Of a stretch of DNA of 64,000 nucleotides, positions 49,116-63,540 are shown in pieces. This stretch comes from Tubulanus polymorphus (taxonomy: Eukaryota > Animalia > Nemertea). The notes below the pieces were generated by a model. That model did no database searches. It worked only from the letters and a program-made list of their open reading frames with translations, and was not told the DNA's origin. The stretch lies in assembly GCF_964204645.1 (NCBI RefSeq), contig NC_134030.1, forward strand, positions 21,040,210 through 21,104,209, read 5' to 3'. The translations under genes and the position numbers were made by a program. The stretch's first letter is position 1. Each line of letters begins with the position of its first letter.

Positions 49116-52100
49116 TTAATCTCCTGTACTGGTTGACAGACGGACTGCATCACCGATTCGAATTTTCAAATTCTGCGCCCCTCCGTTCACACATCCGGTG
49201 TGTTTCAGATAAATACCGAATTTCATCTAAAAAAAAAAATTGCATAGCTTTGGAAATCACCTTTCAGACTGATTATTACCTGTTTACAGTATGAGGGTGG
49301 CTCCAAGGAGCGGCCCGGACTGTAGACTAATATCTGTATAGAATAGCTGAATGGGTGCCTCCAAGCTCAAGGGGTTGTTCCAGTAGATTGTTTTAACTAC
49401 GAAGACCGAAGTTTAACCAGGGTACAGGTTCCAGACATGGATTGTTTGAGGGGGTGGCTCCTAATTGATACAACGCCCCCCCCCCCCCCACACCTGCGTG
49501 AGATAGAAATTACCTTTTTATCGTTGATGGTCGTCAGCGTTAAAAGCGGAGTTTGATTTTTTTCCGCAGACGATTGATCAATACAAATCATTTGACATCG
49601 ATTACAACGACCTTCACTCTGCAAATACGCACACAAAACATACATGGCTGCTTACATTCATTAATACAACCTATGACATCATCGAAAATGGTCGCCTTCC
49701 TGGGTACAACCTTAGACATCATCAAATTACCTCATAATAATCCATAGAACAATGCGGTAATCACGGTTGCCTCTTTACAAATACCCCCTATGACATCATC
49801 AATTGCCAATTTAGACTTGTTTCCGGAACAGAATATCCTCCTAAATTTTGACATCAAATTGTTTACTAGTGATTTTATCTATAGACACTTTAAGATGGCT
49901 GCCTCCATAAATCTCCCTATGACATCATTAAATCATCTACTAGGGATTTTATCTATAAACACTCAGAAAAGATGGCTGCCTCCATAAATCCCCTATGACT
50001 TCAAATTGTCTACTAGTGATTTTATATATAGACACTTTAAGATGGCTGCCTCCATAAATCTCCCTATGACATCATTAAATTATCTCCTAACAATCTTATC
50101 TATTAACACTTCCAGAAAAGATGTCTGCCTCCATAGGTCCCCTATGATGTCATCACGTGTGAACTTACGTGAAATTTATGTGATCCGATTTTGATATCGG
50201 ACCAGGAGTCCTCGGCGAACGGTGAATTTCCACCAGAGATAATGAAATTTGCCCGAAATCGACTGAGCAAATTAGATAAATCTGCAACGAAACAAAACAT
50301 CGTAACTTCTAAATAATCTATCCATTCAACCGAGTAAATAGAACAGTTAATGCCTATCTATCCTGTACATTACTTTTTGAAATCGTGATCAAGTTCATAA
50401 TAACAGACCCAGCAGTTATTGAAATAAACAAATTTTATAGCAGGTTACAAAATGACCCAGCTGATTAGGAGAAAAACACGGTATCATTGAGACACCTGAC
50501 ATCCTCCCAAGGGGTCATTCATTTATTACTCACGCATTAGGGGAGGGGGGAGGGGTCAGTGCTATTAATTGCGTACTGTAATGCTTAATGTATATGAACA
50601 AATGGTCGATTTTGCGTACAGAGGGGGAGGGGGGTTGAAAAATTAAAATTTTATGCGTACGTAATAAATGAATGATCCCCAAGCGAAGTTGACATGGACA
50701 TTACTAACTTGAACATGACTCAAGAGAAGAGATATATTCAATGGTTGTTTACCTATTTCATCGGTAGTTGTTGCATTTTGTTTGTTGATGGCTTCGAGGA
50801 GATGTTTCGCGCTTGTTTGATTTATGAGTAAAAACTGCGACTGATTGGCTAGAGATAACTGACCATCTGAAATATATAGAAACAAACATCGATATCACAT
50901 TATTCACATGTCCTTCATAACACTCTGACATGCACATGTAATTATATTCTGACATGCACATGTTCCATATGATATAATGTTAAAACATGTTCTGACGTGT
51001 AGATGTCCCACATTTTACATTCTTGCAAGCAACCATTCCTTGGCTATCGATTTGACATACTCATCTACTTCATCTAACATTTCGACATGCACATGTTTCG
51101 GGCGTATCATTCTGACATGCACATATTCCTTATGTTCAATCTGACATGTACATATCCTTCATATGCACAAGATTCTAACATATACATGTCCCTGATGTAA
51201 TATATTGACATGCATTTGTAACATAGTGACATGCACATGTAACATACTGACATGTACATGTTACATACTGACATGTACATGTTACACACTGACATGCACA
51301 TGTATGAGCTGTATTATTTACCGGTGGTATGGCGAGTAGATCGGTTATCATCGGTGTGCTGTTGTATAAGACGACACCCCGACTGACCTAACGCATCGGA
51401 GACCCATTCACCGGCCTGCTCCCCTAAGTCTATACCATTCACTCTACAAATATACAATTAACTAAACCTTCAACACCTTAGAAACCATATCATTCTATAG
51501 CTGTTTGCAGGGGGGGGGGCAGATACAGGGGTGATTTACGACCATAGTACCCAAAGAGTAGAGCATGTTGCAAGCAAATTCCTATCCTTTCTAAGTTTGG
51601 TAACCGCCTAATTGGGCAACAAATCCCGGTTCTAACTGTACCGATTAATGAGTAGTCTATTAACTTCTAAAGTTTCTAATTGCCTTTGTCTCGAAATTGA
51701 AGGAGTTTCAAAGGAGTTTCACGCATTTTACTCAAATCAAAGGAGTTTCAAGAACCTTTAAAAGCATTTTCCATTTAGAAAGAGTTTTTGAGGAATCGTA
51801 GGGACCCTGTACAATGGCCATGACACTCACCCATCACCACAGACTTTAGCTCTGCATAGAGTCGCGTGTACTTTGTCATTGCGGTAAAAATCACCACCAA
51901 ATGGAACGCATAAATTAGGCATCCCTGAAAAATAAGATTTATTTGTCCGTTGATATAAATTATGTCGGCTAAACTTAAGATTCAAATCTTATACTAAAAT
52001 TTACCTGGTTTTGCTAAGACTAGAATTCGCTGTTCCGCGTCGATGTAAGGTTGTATGAGGCAGAGTTGCGGCGCCCTCTTTTGACTGAGACAGACACCGG

Positions 52101-55100
52101 CCTTGTTTACGATCATCCACCGTCGATCGTACAGCAGACCGCGGCTTCCGATCTGCCACGACGCCACCTATTGATAAAACAATACATTAGGCGCCTCTCA
52201 ACTCAAATCTATGAAGGTAGCTTGAAAGTGTACATAGATCAAATCACTTGTAGGTGATTTGATGATGTCATAAGGGGGATTTATAGAGGCAGCCATCCTT
52301 TCTAGAAGGTATAGATCAAATCACTAGTAGACAATTAGATGATGTCATGAGGGGACTCATGGGAGCAGCCATCTTTTCTGAAAGGGCTACAAATACTATC
52401 ACAAGGTTATTTGATAATGTCATAGGGGGATCTATGAAGGCAGACATCAGGTTTATGAGAAATCCAAGACACAGTAAACCCACTTTATCTGCCGAATCAT
52501 TTTGGCTGTTCTATGACAAAAAGTGCACCATTAAATACTTAGTTTTTAGGGTGTAATTTCATTAAAGTTTCATAATTTTACCTGAAAACCGGCGCAAGAT
52601 TTCACAGGATACAAAATGATATTTGTGAGAATATTTTCGTCGGCGTTTTCCTCCAAATTGAGCGGCGCAGTCGACTGATCTTCCATTACGCGCCAGTAAT
52701 CACCCGACCCATCGAGCCAAGGTCGTGACCTCGAGCCGTCTGCGGGCTGCAAAATCTCTGTTGGTTGAGACCGCGACCTTTCAGTCGGTTTTGAGCTTAC
52801 GACCTCGTGTGACTCGACTTCTTGAGAATCCATCTGAATTACTGACGAATCATCTTTAACGATCAATTCCGACAAAACTTCTGCAAGAAAATAATCGTAC
52901 GAAAAAATTTTGAAGTACGTTGTTTTGTAATATTCCCAGAAAGAACTTATTTCGTATGTACTAAAATAAAAGCATATTCAATTAAGTACTCATTTCATGT
53001 ATTATCGAAATTCTAAGTACTTATTGGAATAAGTACTTATTGGAATAAGTACTTATAAGAATAAGTACACATACAACAAGTAGAAACAAATCTCAACTTT
53101 AAAGCACTTTGACATGTTAGTGCTTTTCAACGCATTTACCAGGTACTTGATGTACTAAGTGCCTACTCAATGTATTACTCAAAACTTATTCAAACACTTT
53201 CTGAAATTGGTACCAGGGCCCAGTTTCACGCTAAAGTTCAAGCCTAAAGCGGTTAAGTTTGAATTGTTGTCCTTATCGAAAAAACATGACCAATAGCAAT
53301 ACCTACTCCAAAAATTTGAGTTTAACTTTTTCGTGAAACTGGGCCCGCGGTACTTTTCATACAAGAGACTAAAATGAAACTTACCGTGTTTATTAGAAGA
53401 ATTTTCCTGAACGAAACATTTCTCGACGAACGAAATGAAATTCAACGCGTCCTGCGCGGTGGACATATAACCGAACGAAATCCTCACAGAGCCAGTCGGA
53501 CGCCCGTCGATCAGATCCATATCATCTCCGCAAACGTGACCAGCCTGTCGTAGAAAGTATCATAAATAAACCCAGTTTTGAATAAACCTGGGCTAGAACG
53601 ATAACCACACTCAAACGTGGTGAAAGGATAATAAGATAAAAACCCACTATTTACGGATCAAAAATTTAAAAACAAGAATTCCTTTATTCAATAAATATAA
53701 AATGAATATAAAACGTCTTATATTTATTGAATAAATAAATTCTTGTTTTTAAATTTTTGATCTGTAGATAGTGGGTTTTTATCTTATAAACCTGGGCTAG
53801 TTTTCATCGATAGATTTGATTTACTCAAAGAGAAAAAAATATAATTAAAATCTAGAAGAAATTGAGGAGTAACTACTAGGGACACCTGGTGGATCCTCAC
53901 TTGCCACAGTAGCATTGCCGGTACTGTAGTTTCTTCCTAATTTACGTACCTGGTAATTGGATTTAATATCGTCGGATGAAAGTCCCATGAAATATTGACA
54001 GGCTCCGATATTACAGAAACATCCCGTACGTAGGTGTATATCATTTAACTGAGCTAACTTATCAACCTGAAAAACAACAACACCAAGTTCTACAACTGCG
54101 CTTAATTCTGAATCCAGTTCCACAGCAATGTGGTCTAATTTGATTCTGGTTCTGGTTCCACAGTTGTGTGAGTTTAATTTGATTCTGAACCCATTTCCAC
54201 AGTTGTGTGGGTTTAATTTGGCTTTGGCTCCAGTTCCACAGTTGTGTGGGTATAATTTGATTCTGAACCCAGTTCCACAGTTGTGTGGGTTTAATTTGGC
54301 TCTGAACCCAGTTCCACAATTGTGTGGGTTTAATTTGGCTCTGAACCCAGTTCCACAGTTGTGTGGGTTTAATTTGATTCTGAACCCATTTACACAGTTG
54401 TGTGGGTTTAATTCGACTCTGGATACAGTTCCACAGTTGTGTGGGTTTAATTTGATTCTGAACCAAGTTCTACAGTTGTGTGGGTTTAATTTGGCTCTGA
54501 ACCCAGTTCCACAGTTGTATGGGTTTAATTTGGCTCTGAACCCAGTTCCACAGTTGTGTGGATTTAATTTGATTCTGAACCCAGTTCTACAGTGTTACTA
54601 ATTAATTTGAATTTTCTATAAACAGACCGTGCTATAGCCGACGTAACTCCCGTCATCGCGCAAAACGTTGAAATTGATCACGTTGCCATGTAAACTCGGG
54701 CCATCGAAATACGACCGCACGACCGGCTGGCCGTTCGAATGCAACAATGCTGTCAGTTTGTCGTAGACGAATTTTGTCAGTTGCGAAATTCGCGTGGAAA
54801 TCGCCTCCATTGTTCCTGCAATAAAACAGATAATTTAATACCGTTTGAAATTTTTATGGATGTCTTATGCCCCCCATACCTTGATGAAAATTGTTTAATC
54901 AGTTCAGTGTGTCTACACCGCAGTGCGGTGTATAAATCAGTGATCGACTTTGCTAGTGCATCGCATTGAGGTGTATTGATGTTATTAGTAATTGGTTTTT
55001 ATCACTAATGAATAGTGATGGCAGCACCTGTCAAGCATAGTGAAATATTGGAAACTAACGATACACCGCACTGTGGTGTAAACACAATAAAAGTTATATG

Positions 55101-58100
55101 CCTACTATGCAGCGCACAATTTCTTAGAATTTTCAAATTATCCCCAGCATTTTCAGGCATTGATTAATCAGCACTGATCTTAAAAGTTTGCTCACCTCCT
55201 ATTCTGTCAAGAGCATCAAATCCATGGTTCAATGCAATGATGTCTAAAAATGGCAAAGTTCCATCTTCGAATCTGTAATGAAAAGTAAAATGGACCAAAT
55301 CAGCGATTTGTTATTACAATACCAAGTACTGATTGATAGACCAAATATCAACACAATTGATCGAAGCAACTTCATAACTTCCTATAAAACATTTTATAAT
55401 GCGCTCGTGCAGATTGCAGTAAACAACAATGGATGCCTGGCAGCCATCTTAATTCTGATCAGGGTATTTTATATGTTGCAGTTGTGTTAAGGGTAGATAC
55501 GTGTATAGATCAGAAACAATCAATCCAAGCATCTTCAAAACCTCCCCAAAATAACTTCAGATTTTAGCGAGCTAGACAATCCTACGTTACCTTTCATGAA
55601 TTTTAGCAGATCTGTTGACATGAAAACGCTCGGTTGCCAGGGAAACGAGCACCGTTCCACCGCCGAAATAAGTCTTTTGTAGTGATTCATCGGCGATTTC
55701 ATTGCGTACCAGTAAAGCACCTACGGAAAAATTGACACGCTATAATAAATATATTCATCCCACTCAGACCAGCAGATCCCAGCAAAGTACTATGGCAAGT
55801 GTGGATCCACCAGGTGTCGCTAGTGTGCAGTATGAAGGTTTCAGGACCATTGCCCCCCCTCCAAATAAAATCTTTTTAATCTCAAAGTAACTGATATTAA
55901 CTTGAATCAGTCAGAGTAAGTAGCTGCACTAATTAGCTAGAATTAGTTCACTTTGTCTAATTCATTAGAAGTTAATATCTGTGGGGGACAATTTTCCTAG
56001 AATCCATTAACATATCAACTACTGCGAAAACAGCGGATTCCACTTGTGGCTAGTGAGGATCCATCAGGTGTCGCTAGTGTGCAAGTAGGACATCAACTAC
56101 TGCCAAAACAGCGGATTCCACTTGTGGCGAGTGAGGAACCACCAGGTGTCACTAGAGTGCAGTAGGACATCAACTACTGCGAAAACAGCGGATTCCACTT
56201 GTGGCGAGTGAGGATCCACCAGATGTTTGTTATACTAAAAATAGGCTTACCCAGTCCGGTAGGAAATCCGAAAATTTTATAAAACGACAACGCAACGAAA
56301 TCCGGTTTGAACTTGTTCAAATCGAGTCGATTAGTCGAAACAAACGACGCCGCATCCAGGCAGACGTACCATCGATTAACACCACCGGGGATTCCCCTCA
56401 CACCACCAGGGATTCCCCTTGTGACGCCGGGGAATCCCCGATGAGTAAACCTAAGCGAATATTTCTGTCCGTTGAAATTACTCGACGCCGGGTAGACGAA
56501 TAATCCGTTTGAACGTTGCGGAATACCACACGCGCCATTTACCGCGCCACGTGTACCATCGCTCGTAAGCGGTACGGCGTTCAAATCAATCGCGCCATCG
56601 GAATCTAATTTCTCGCTCGCCGCCAAAAACTCCCCGTACGGCATGTAGTAAATGGACGCTCGTTTGGCGGCGGCGATTTCGCGCATACCAAGCACGGAGG
56701 TGTGCGTGTCTTGGGTATAAAGGAACGCGCCCGTACCAAAACAGTTCTCATCACAGCTAGCATCATTCATACGAATGTTCATACCATTTTCATCGCAGTC
56801 CCCTTCACAGCGGATTTTGGCGCTTCGGTCATTTTGGCGCATGGTTGCACGGTTCTTGTCGCAGAACCTATCACCGCGGGTATCAACACCATTTTGATCA
56901 CATTGCCGAACAGATTGGGAGCTACTTTCGGAAAAATGTCGACCATTACAACGACGGAATGTTTCGGAATCATTCGACGTTCCACCGGCGGTCGCGAGAG
57001 TTTGGGAGCCGTCCTTCGCGCGAGCTAAACGCCGCCCGTTACCGTTGTTCGGCGATGCGGCGAAATTGAAAGTTTCGGCGAGTAGTTTTAACGCGGCCGT
57101 ACAGCCCGATGTGAATATGACGCTGTATTCTTCGGAGCTCGTGCGAAAATGGCGCAAAATCCTGCAACGATTAAAAAATCAAACAAACCAAGAATCATGA
57201 TGATCTTGATTATCAATTTTTATTCACAGTCTCTTTTATCAATACCTTACACCTGAGGCCATACATAACAGGGCCCCCCGGTAATATTGTAAAAGTACCC
57301 TTTTTGCAAATATTATTATCCGATAGAACTGCCCTTTTTCGGGTTTCTCTACCCCCCTTCAAAATTCAAATGCTAAGTACGAGAGGAATATCGGTTTTTG
57401 ACTATCCATTTTTTTCGGTAAAATGCCTTTTTTCGGGTTTCCCTTCCCCTTAGATTCAAATACTAGGTAAGGCCCTGAAACTCCTGAAGCCTTACCCCCA
57501 ACCGTCCTATGATTACAATTTGTGTCCCCTTGCAATATTACCCTAAATCGTTGACCCCGAGCTTAAGGAATTTCTTGAAATTCATTGATTTTCCTTTTCA
57601 ACCATCATTCTAGAATACTTATGGATTTCAGGGCTGGGTTTCATAGATGTGGAAGAAAAATAGTCTCTGGGAACATTTTGAAATTTGTCAGTTATTACCA
57701 CAGTTTCTCATTGTAACCATGGTGGTTGTTACCCAGATTGAGGATTTACCCCTAGGGATAACTTTGATACTCAGTCTATGAAACCGGGCCCTGGAGTCAC
57801 CCATCACGAAAAGGATCTTGGAGACATCCACCGCAGAAATATATGAAAAATGTCGACTGACCTTTCTCTGACTTGGTCGACGGTGTTAGCCGTATTCAGA
57901 CCACTAAGGGATGAGCTGTGAGTGTTACCGTACAGGTTCTCTAATAAATCTTTTTGATACGCTTCGATTTGACGGCGCGAGTAAAGGGTGGCTCCGACGT
58001 GGTCCAAATAAGTCACATCTAATGAAACAAAAACAAAATCGCAGATTTCCGTATTAGTTTAGGTAGCCTACAGAAAAGAGTTTAAGATAAATAGTCCAAC

Positions 58101-58742
58101 TGCCCAACTGACATAATGAACAAAACACAGTCTGGTTAAACCAATCCCGGTCCAAATCTTATAAGTGACTGGACCAAACACTGGGCAGTTTGATTACTGA
58201 CTAGACCAAACAGCAGTCTGGGTACTGACTAAAATAAACGCGTTCAAATTGAATTTGAAGTTCAACATCATTCTACTTCTACTTCTACCAATTTATGGCC
58301 ACCATCAACCAGTTGATGATTTTGCCATCGAGAGGTGCATGAAAAAATTATTTTATTTTTTTTTGTTTATTATGGTTATATTTGCTGCCCCAAAACTGCC
58401 CCAATGGCGTTAGGCAGTTAGGAGAGACTTGAAGGCTTCATTGGATTGGACTAATTCACAGGGACTTGACACAAAAGGATTTTGGCCCCAGTATCCTATA
58501 TACAGGTACTAAATAGTATATATAAATTATAAACAGACTTATTGTGGTCTTGGACTAATTGCATAATTAATTGATTTCCCCTCTTCTTCTAGTATTACTC
58601 AACCAACTTTTCGGCGATGACAACCCAAGAAATACCCTCGTGGATTAGATCTAACACACCCGTGGATTAGATCTAACAAGAAAATCTCATAATCACCTTT
58701 AATTTGGTCGAATTCGTCAGATAATCGCGTCGTTATTGACAT
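49116..58742 (-). CDS. MOCOS: Molybdenum cofactor sulfurase, ~968 aa, 16 exons: 58742-58697, 58018-57862, 57161-56251, 55720-55591, 55272-55196, 54815-54628, 54066-53950, 53544-53385, 52880-52582, 52167-52005, 51924-51831, 51443-51322, 50866-50753, 50281-50169, 49618-49514, 49226-49116
   Basis: YLDHVGATLY, YGNTHS, HTSVLGMR, DAASFV, the PLP-lysine motif SFYKIFGFPTGLG, FEDGT and catalytic RTGCFCNIGAC. MOSC domain: YPVKSC, YDRRWMI, RFRANF, CNRCQMIC. Splice phases are consistent; 2907-nt CDS. Confidence 0.95.
49670..50155. repeat. Degenerate ~80-bp repeat family (cctccataaatccccctatgacatcatcaaat...), also at 45725-46130 and 52185-52450
   Basis: Recurring motif in introns of INTS10 and MOCOS. Confidence 0.8.
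50925..51305. repeat. Degenerate tgacatgcacatgt minisatellite
   Basis: Direct observation. Confidence 0.8.
53597..53786. mobile_element. Palindromic insertion (Penelope-like) in MOCOS intron 7
   Basis: 14-bp TSD taaacctgggctag (53583-53596, 53787-53800) and ~75-bp inverted arms. Confidence 0.7.
54085..54595 (-). repeat. 39-bp tandem array filling MOCOS intron 6
   Basis: About 13 copies; same family as 19145-19665. Confidence 0.95.
57631..57791. mobile_element. Harbinger-like MITE (similar element at 53216-53346)
   Basis: gggctgggtttcataga / tctatgaaaccgggccc TIRs. Confidence 0.6.
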
Positions 58743-60249
58743 TTTCTGACGCTGTGTTGACGGTTTCTCGCGAACGCGGAAGTGAACCCGTTTTTTGAAT
58801 TGAATTGAATTAGCGTCAAGGTCGTTATTACGGGGGGCCACGTGCTTTTGTTTACAATTCTTTCGAACCAAAGAAAATTCAATTTATTGATTCAAAACTT
58901 AATCTTTCCCTATCTTACCGACGCGTGGTAGTGCTTTATACATGTACATCAATATGCTTGAATATATAGATTGTGCCCCGTTGATTGTATTGAATTCCTG
59001 ACATTGTGTTGTCCCCAGACAAGGTGTCAAGGTCGTTGTAAATGGGGGGCCACGTGCTTTTGTTTACGTTACCTTCATTATCAAAGCAACGGATTTAATC
59101 AGGGGCGAGGATCCAATGCGGGATCAGGGCGGATCTAGGGCGGGTGTGATTCAGGGAGGAGTGCACCCCCAAAATAGGGCATAACATGAAATTAAACGGA
59201 GGACACACCCGAAAGAACGGGACCTCGCAAAAACTCAACGTGCGGACACTTCGAATGAAAACTTAGCAGCTAGATTTGATTCGGTCTAGGGCTACTACTA
59301 CATGCACGCGTTTTACTATTGAAAACGCATTTAAACTAAAAAAAGAAGTCCGGCGCTCTAGATCTGTCTTATCCAACATTCTAGGGCAAATTGATAAGAT
59401 AAGCGCAGTTCCGGCAGCACCCTTAGTCAGACCTCATTTGAAAGTTTCCGACAAAAATTGTGCCAGTGAAATTCTGCCGGCCATCCTGGTTTACGAACAA
59501 AGCCGCCCAGCAAGGCTTACAATATCAAACATGGCGTCATGTACAGCAAATTCCAGTTTTAATCTAAAATGTAAAGTTTTGAATGGTGTTATGAAGGAAA
59601 CGTTTGAAGTTTCGATCCGTCAATAATTTTATGCCATGGTTTATAAGCGGCGGGTCCAGGGCAATGGCAGGAGCGCCAAGAAATGAAAAGGGCACACTAC
59701 TCAGGGTTAGCCTTATACCGAAAAAAGGGCAAGTTAGGTATCCACGCCAAAACAAGGGTCTGGAAAACTTTCAGTGCATTTCATAATAAATTCTAGGCAG
59801 GCCTAAGCTCAAGAGTGCTGTCATATAATTTCAGAACTCTGGAATTTCAGGTGGAAAAAAGTCTCCCGTATATATTGCCATTGTATTTCAACAGGGCCAC
59901 TGGAAAATTGCGACAGGAGCACGTCTGGATCCGCCCCTGATATTATGCCGATTTTCTAAAATCGGGCAAGTGTTTTGTTTTAAATTTCGCGCTCGCGTCG
60001 CTTATCTCGAGGATCAAGTTATGAGTGAGTCACCGATTTGAACTGCACAAGCTGTTTATATACTCGAGGCGTATTGACACGCGCGCTACGAAATCCTATT
60101 GAACATACTGAAAACCATTCGCTAGACAGCACAAAACACCGCCTTTCTATTCATACAAGTCACCGGGCTTGAAATCGGGCCTTTTCAAACCTTTCAAACT
60201 CGCCGTAGCGAGACAGTATTCGACGCACTATTTCTGCAGCGAGAACTAG

Positions 60250-60417
60250 CGTGCGTGCGGCGCGTACGACGACTGTTTAATCAGCTGTTGTGAGTGATTC
60301 GGCTCTCCTGTGCATGGTACCTGTACATACCACCCTCACACTACCCAGCCTCTCACCAGCTACCTGAGCGAGCTCCACCCGCCAAACCTTTATAGAACCC
60401 ATCTCAAAAACACCAAG
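60250..60417 (+). other. Putative non-coding first exon of a gene divergent from MOCOS (body lies beyond the window or is unresolved)
   Basis: CpG-rich promoter-like zone at 59980-60300 followed by a consensus donor AAG|gtacgt at 60418. A possible micro-exon at 62865-62892 contains ATG AAA TTT CAA TCA GTA AG. Confidence 0.35.
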
Positions 60418-62934
60418 GTACGTTTAACCGTTACTGTTTTCGTTGTCATCATATTTTTCACCCGGTTTTTGATGTTTTTTTTTTTTAAATTGTGCTCGGT
60501 TTCTCGACTCTCTCAGTCTAACTAACCTTCATCCGTGTGTCTACTACTATACACACACGAGATATAGCATCGATCAATTTCTCGGTTTTGACGGCTCTTG
60601 TCAGTTTAGACTTCGATAACCAGTTTGAAAACGTCGGCATTTCATAAATAGCGAATATTCTCGATGGATTGATATAGAATATTATCTAAAGCTAAATTCT
60701 TAAGACTTTGTTCAAGACTTGTGGTAATTTAATTCTGTAACATTTTTGCCTTTACAATACATAGTTATTGTAAGCTAAAATACGCATGGAATACATACAG
60801 AATACGTGTATTTTTGGCAAGAAATACATGTCATTTGAAGATATTAATTTTTACAAGGTTGAGATTAAAGGTTAGGTTTTGGCCACTAAATCTTGAGAAA
60901 AGTTGATATGATAATTTTGATAATTTTCAATTTCAAGTGGAATTATTGATTATTCATTTCAACATGTTCTTGATATATTCGATAGTTTTGAACCCGGATT
61001 TCAAATAAAAACGATACTTACACTAAAAGAAGTAATTATCTTTTGGATATTTCGATTTCAAATTATATATTTCAATTGATATTTTTTGTATTGGATATTT
61101 TTAAAGAATTCTGAAGCTAGAATTTCAGAATTTCTCAGTTGAAATCTAATTTAATGACGACTTTCTTGATATATTGAAAACTTATTATCAATTTAATTTC
61201 AAAGTGTAAATAAATATCACGATATATTTTTATATTTCGATAATTTTGAAAATCTTTCGACTGAATTTTGAATTGAAATGCTTATGATAATCGCGATAAG
61301 AAGCAATTATATTTTTGATATTTCGAAAAAGAAAAACTAATAATTTCGAAATTACTTATAAAAAAGAAAAAGCTCCACCTACTGAAATCTTAGGAAATAT
61401 CGAAGACATTTTGAAATATCGAAACAATTTAAGTAGATGTTAATTTATTCGAATAATCAATTGCTTGAATATGTTTCTGATTTCCTTACTGGTCTAAACT
61501 GACAAAGCAACCGTTCAAAAATCATGATGGCGCAAGTTTCGAAATCTTAGCAGATGCTGTTAGCCTTTAAACATATTTTCAGGCGTGGATCCCGGGGGTG
61601 GGGGACTGGGGGTCTATGGGGGTAGGGATTGATCGAGGGGACTGGGGCTATCCTGCAAATTTTTTTTCTCGCAAATTCTAGAAGCACAATTTTCAAGAAA
61701 AATTGAAATTAAAGAAATATTTTCGAAAAAAATTGGATAATTTTGCCACCAGAGTAGGGGTCACAGACACAGCACCCCATACCTCCCCCCCAGCCCCGGG
61801 ATCGACGCCTGACTTTTCATCGGTCAATTTTCTAGCGTAACACATCCGCGAAAAAAATATCGTGCATGCTTTCAAAAACTTGATTAACCACCGTCTTCCA
61901 CCGAAACCCTACTACCTCTCCCCCTCCCCCCTACCCCCTGAAAATTAATCATCCAGCCTGGAATAATCTTGAATCTCGGGCGCAAATGGGCGATGATCTT
62001 TGTGCATGTTTCTCAATCGGCCGCAGTCCCCGGCTCGGTTGTTTATTATTTCTCTCGATCGGCTTTCCGCCAAACCCCCCTCGATCATCAACTATATATC
62101 GAAAACCCGTCCTCTTTTTAACCACCGAAAAAATTGTTTCGAAAAATCTTAACGAAAACAACAAAAAAAAATCTGATTTGCACCTAGTGTCGACAAGCTT
62201 TCTCCTGTCCCCCCTTCCTACCACACCCCGTGCTCCCTACCCAGACGCTTAGCCTTGAAATCAAACGCGTTTTCAAATAACGTAGATATAACGTCCTTCT
62301 AACCGTGTGCCGAAAAAAAGTCCGCGTCGAAATTTTGAAAAAATTTTGTCGATCGAAAATTTGTCCCCGACGAAACGCGCGTCGAAAAAGGAAAAGTTGC
62401 GTCCGTTTAGAAATTTGTTCCGGAAAAAAGTCCGCATCGCGAGGCGGCCGTGTTTTTAAGATAACCGTCACAGATTCGGCGCGCCGTTGGACTAGATCCG
62501 AAAAAACAGAACGTAGGAAAAAAGAGACAATGCCGGAAGAAAGTCCGCATCGGGTGGCGACCATGTTTTTAAGATACCCACAGCGGACTCGAAAAGCGGA
62601 TGAAAAATCGCGGCGGGATATTTCAGCGGCTGTCGTTCGTAAGGAATCGGATTATTTCGTTGTTTTTGTGCCCGAATGAAGGATTTAAATCGTCATTTTC
62701 GGGAAATACCATCTTTTCTGTCGCAGCAAATCGTTTGCCATCAAAGAGCGGATAGAAAACACGGACTGGTTGTCGGCGCATGGGACCCGACGACGCAAGA
62801 AAGAAGAACAGTTTGTTGTGAACGTTTTTGTGTTATTTTCTGTCGAATGATATTATTTTTTTAGGTAAAAAAATGAAATTTCAATCAGTAAGGTAGGGAC
62901 AAAAATGATTCGCCTATATATATATATATATATA

Positions 62935-63540
62935 CAGGGTCCCTACGCCTTCTTGATTCCTTACAAACTCATTTCAAATGGAAAATGCTTTTTAAGATGT
63001 TTGAAACTCCGCTAATTTGAGAAAAATGCCCAAAACTACTTTAATTTTGAAAAATAGGCTTTTAGAAATGTTTGTCTAGTTTGTTGTACAGTAAACTACC
63101 CCTAAATCGTTACAGTTGGGACCTGGGTTTCTTTTCTTTTACTAAATTAGGCGGTTACTGAATTAGAAACCTAGTTTAGTAAATGTCTCAAGGATAAAGA
63201 TTGCCTACGAAACCAGTAAATTAAAAAACGGTACCGATTTTTTGAGGCTTCTACTGTATTTTGGAGATATGTCTCCAGGAATGACTGATATCTGTAGGGA
63301 CCCTGTTAAAACTCCTTATATCCAGGAATGACTGATATCTGTAAGGACCCTGTTAAATCTCCTTTTATCCAGGAATGACTGATATCTGTAGGGACCCTGT
63401 TAAAACTCCTTATATCCAGGAATGGCTGATATCTGTAGGGACCCTGTTAAAACTCCTTATATCCAGGAATGGCTGATATCTGTAGGGACCCTGTTAAAAC
63501 TCCTTATATCCAGGAATGGCTGATATCTGTAGGGACCCTG
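62935..63540. mobile_element. CAGGGTCCCTAC MITE whose right terminus is amplified as a 47-bp tandem array
   Basis: Left TIR follows a (ta)n run at 62935. The right TIR gtagggaccctg occurs six times at 47-bp spacing (63277-63540). Confidence 0.85.

Noticed and set aside
61949-62864. Basic ORFs of 60-126 aa
   Set aside because: No recognisable motifs and overlapping on both strands; more like CpG-rich promoter or UTR sequence.
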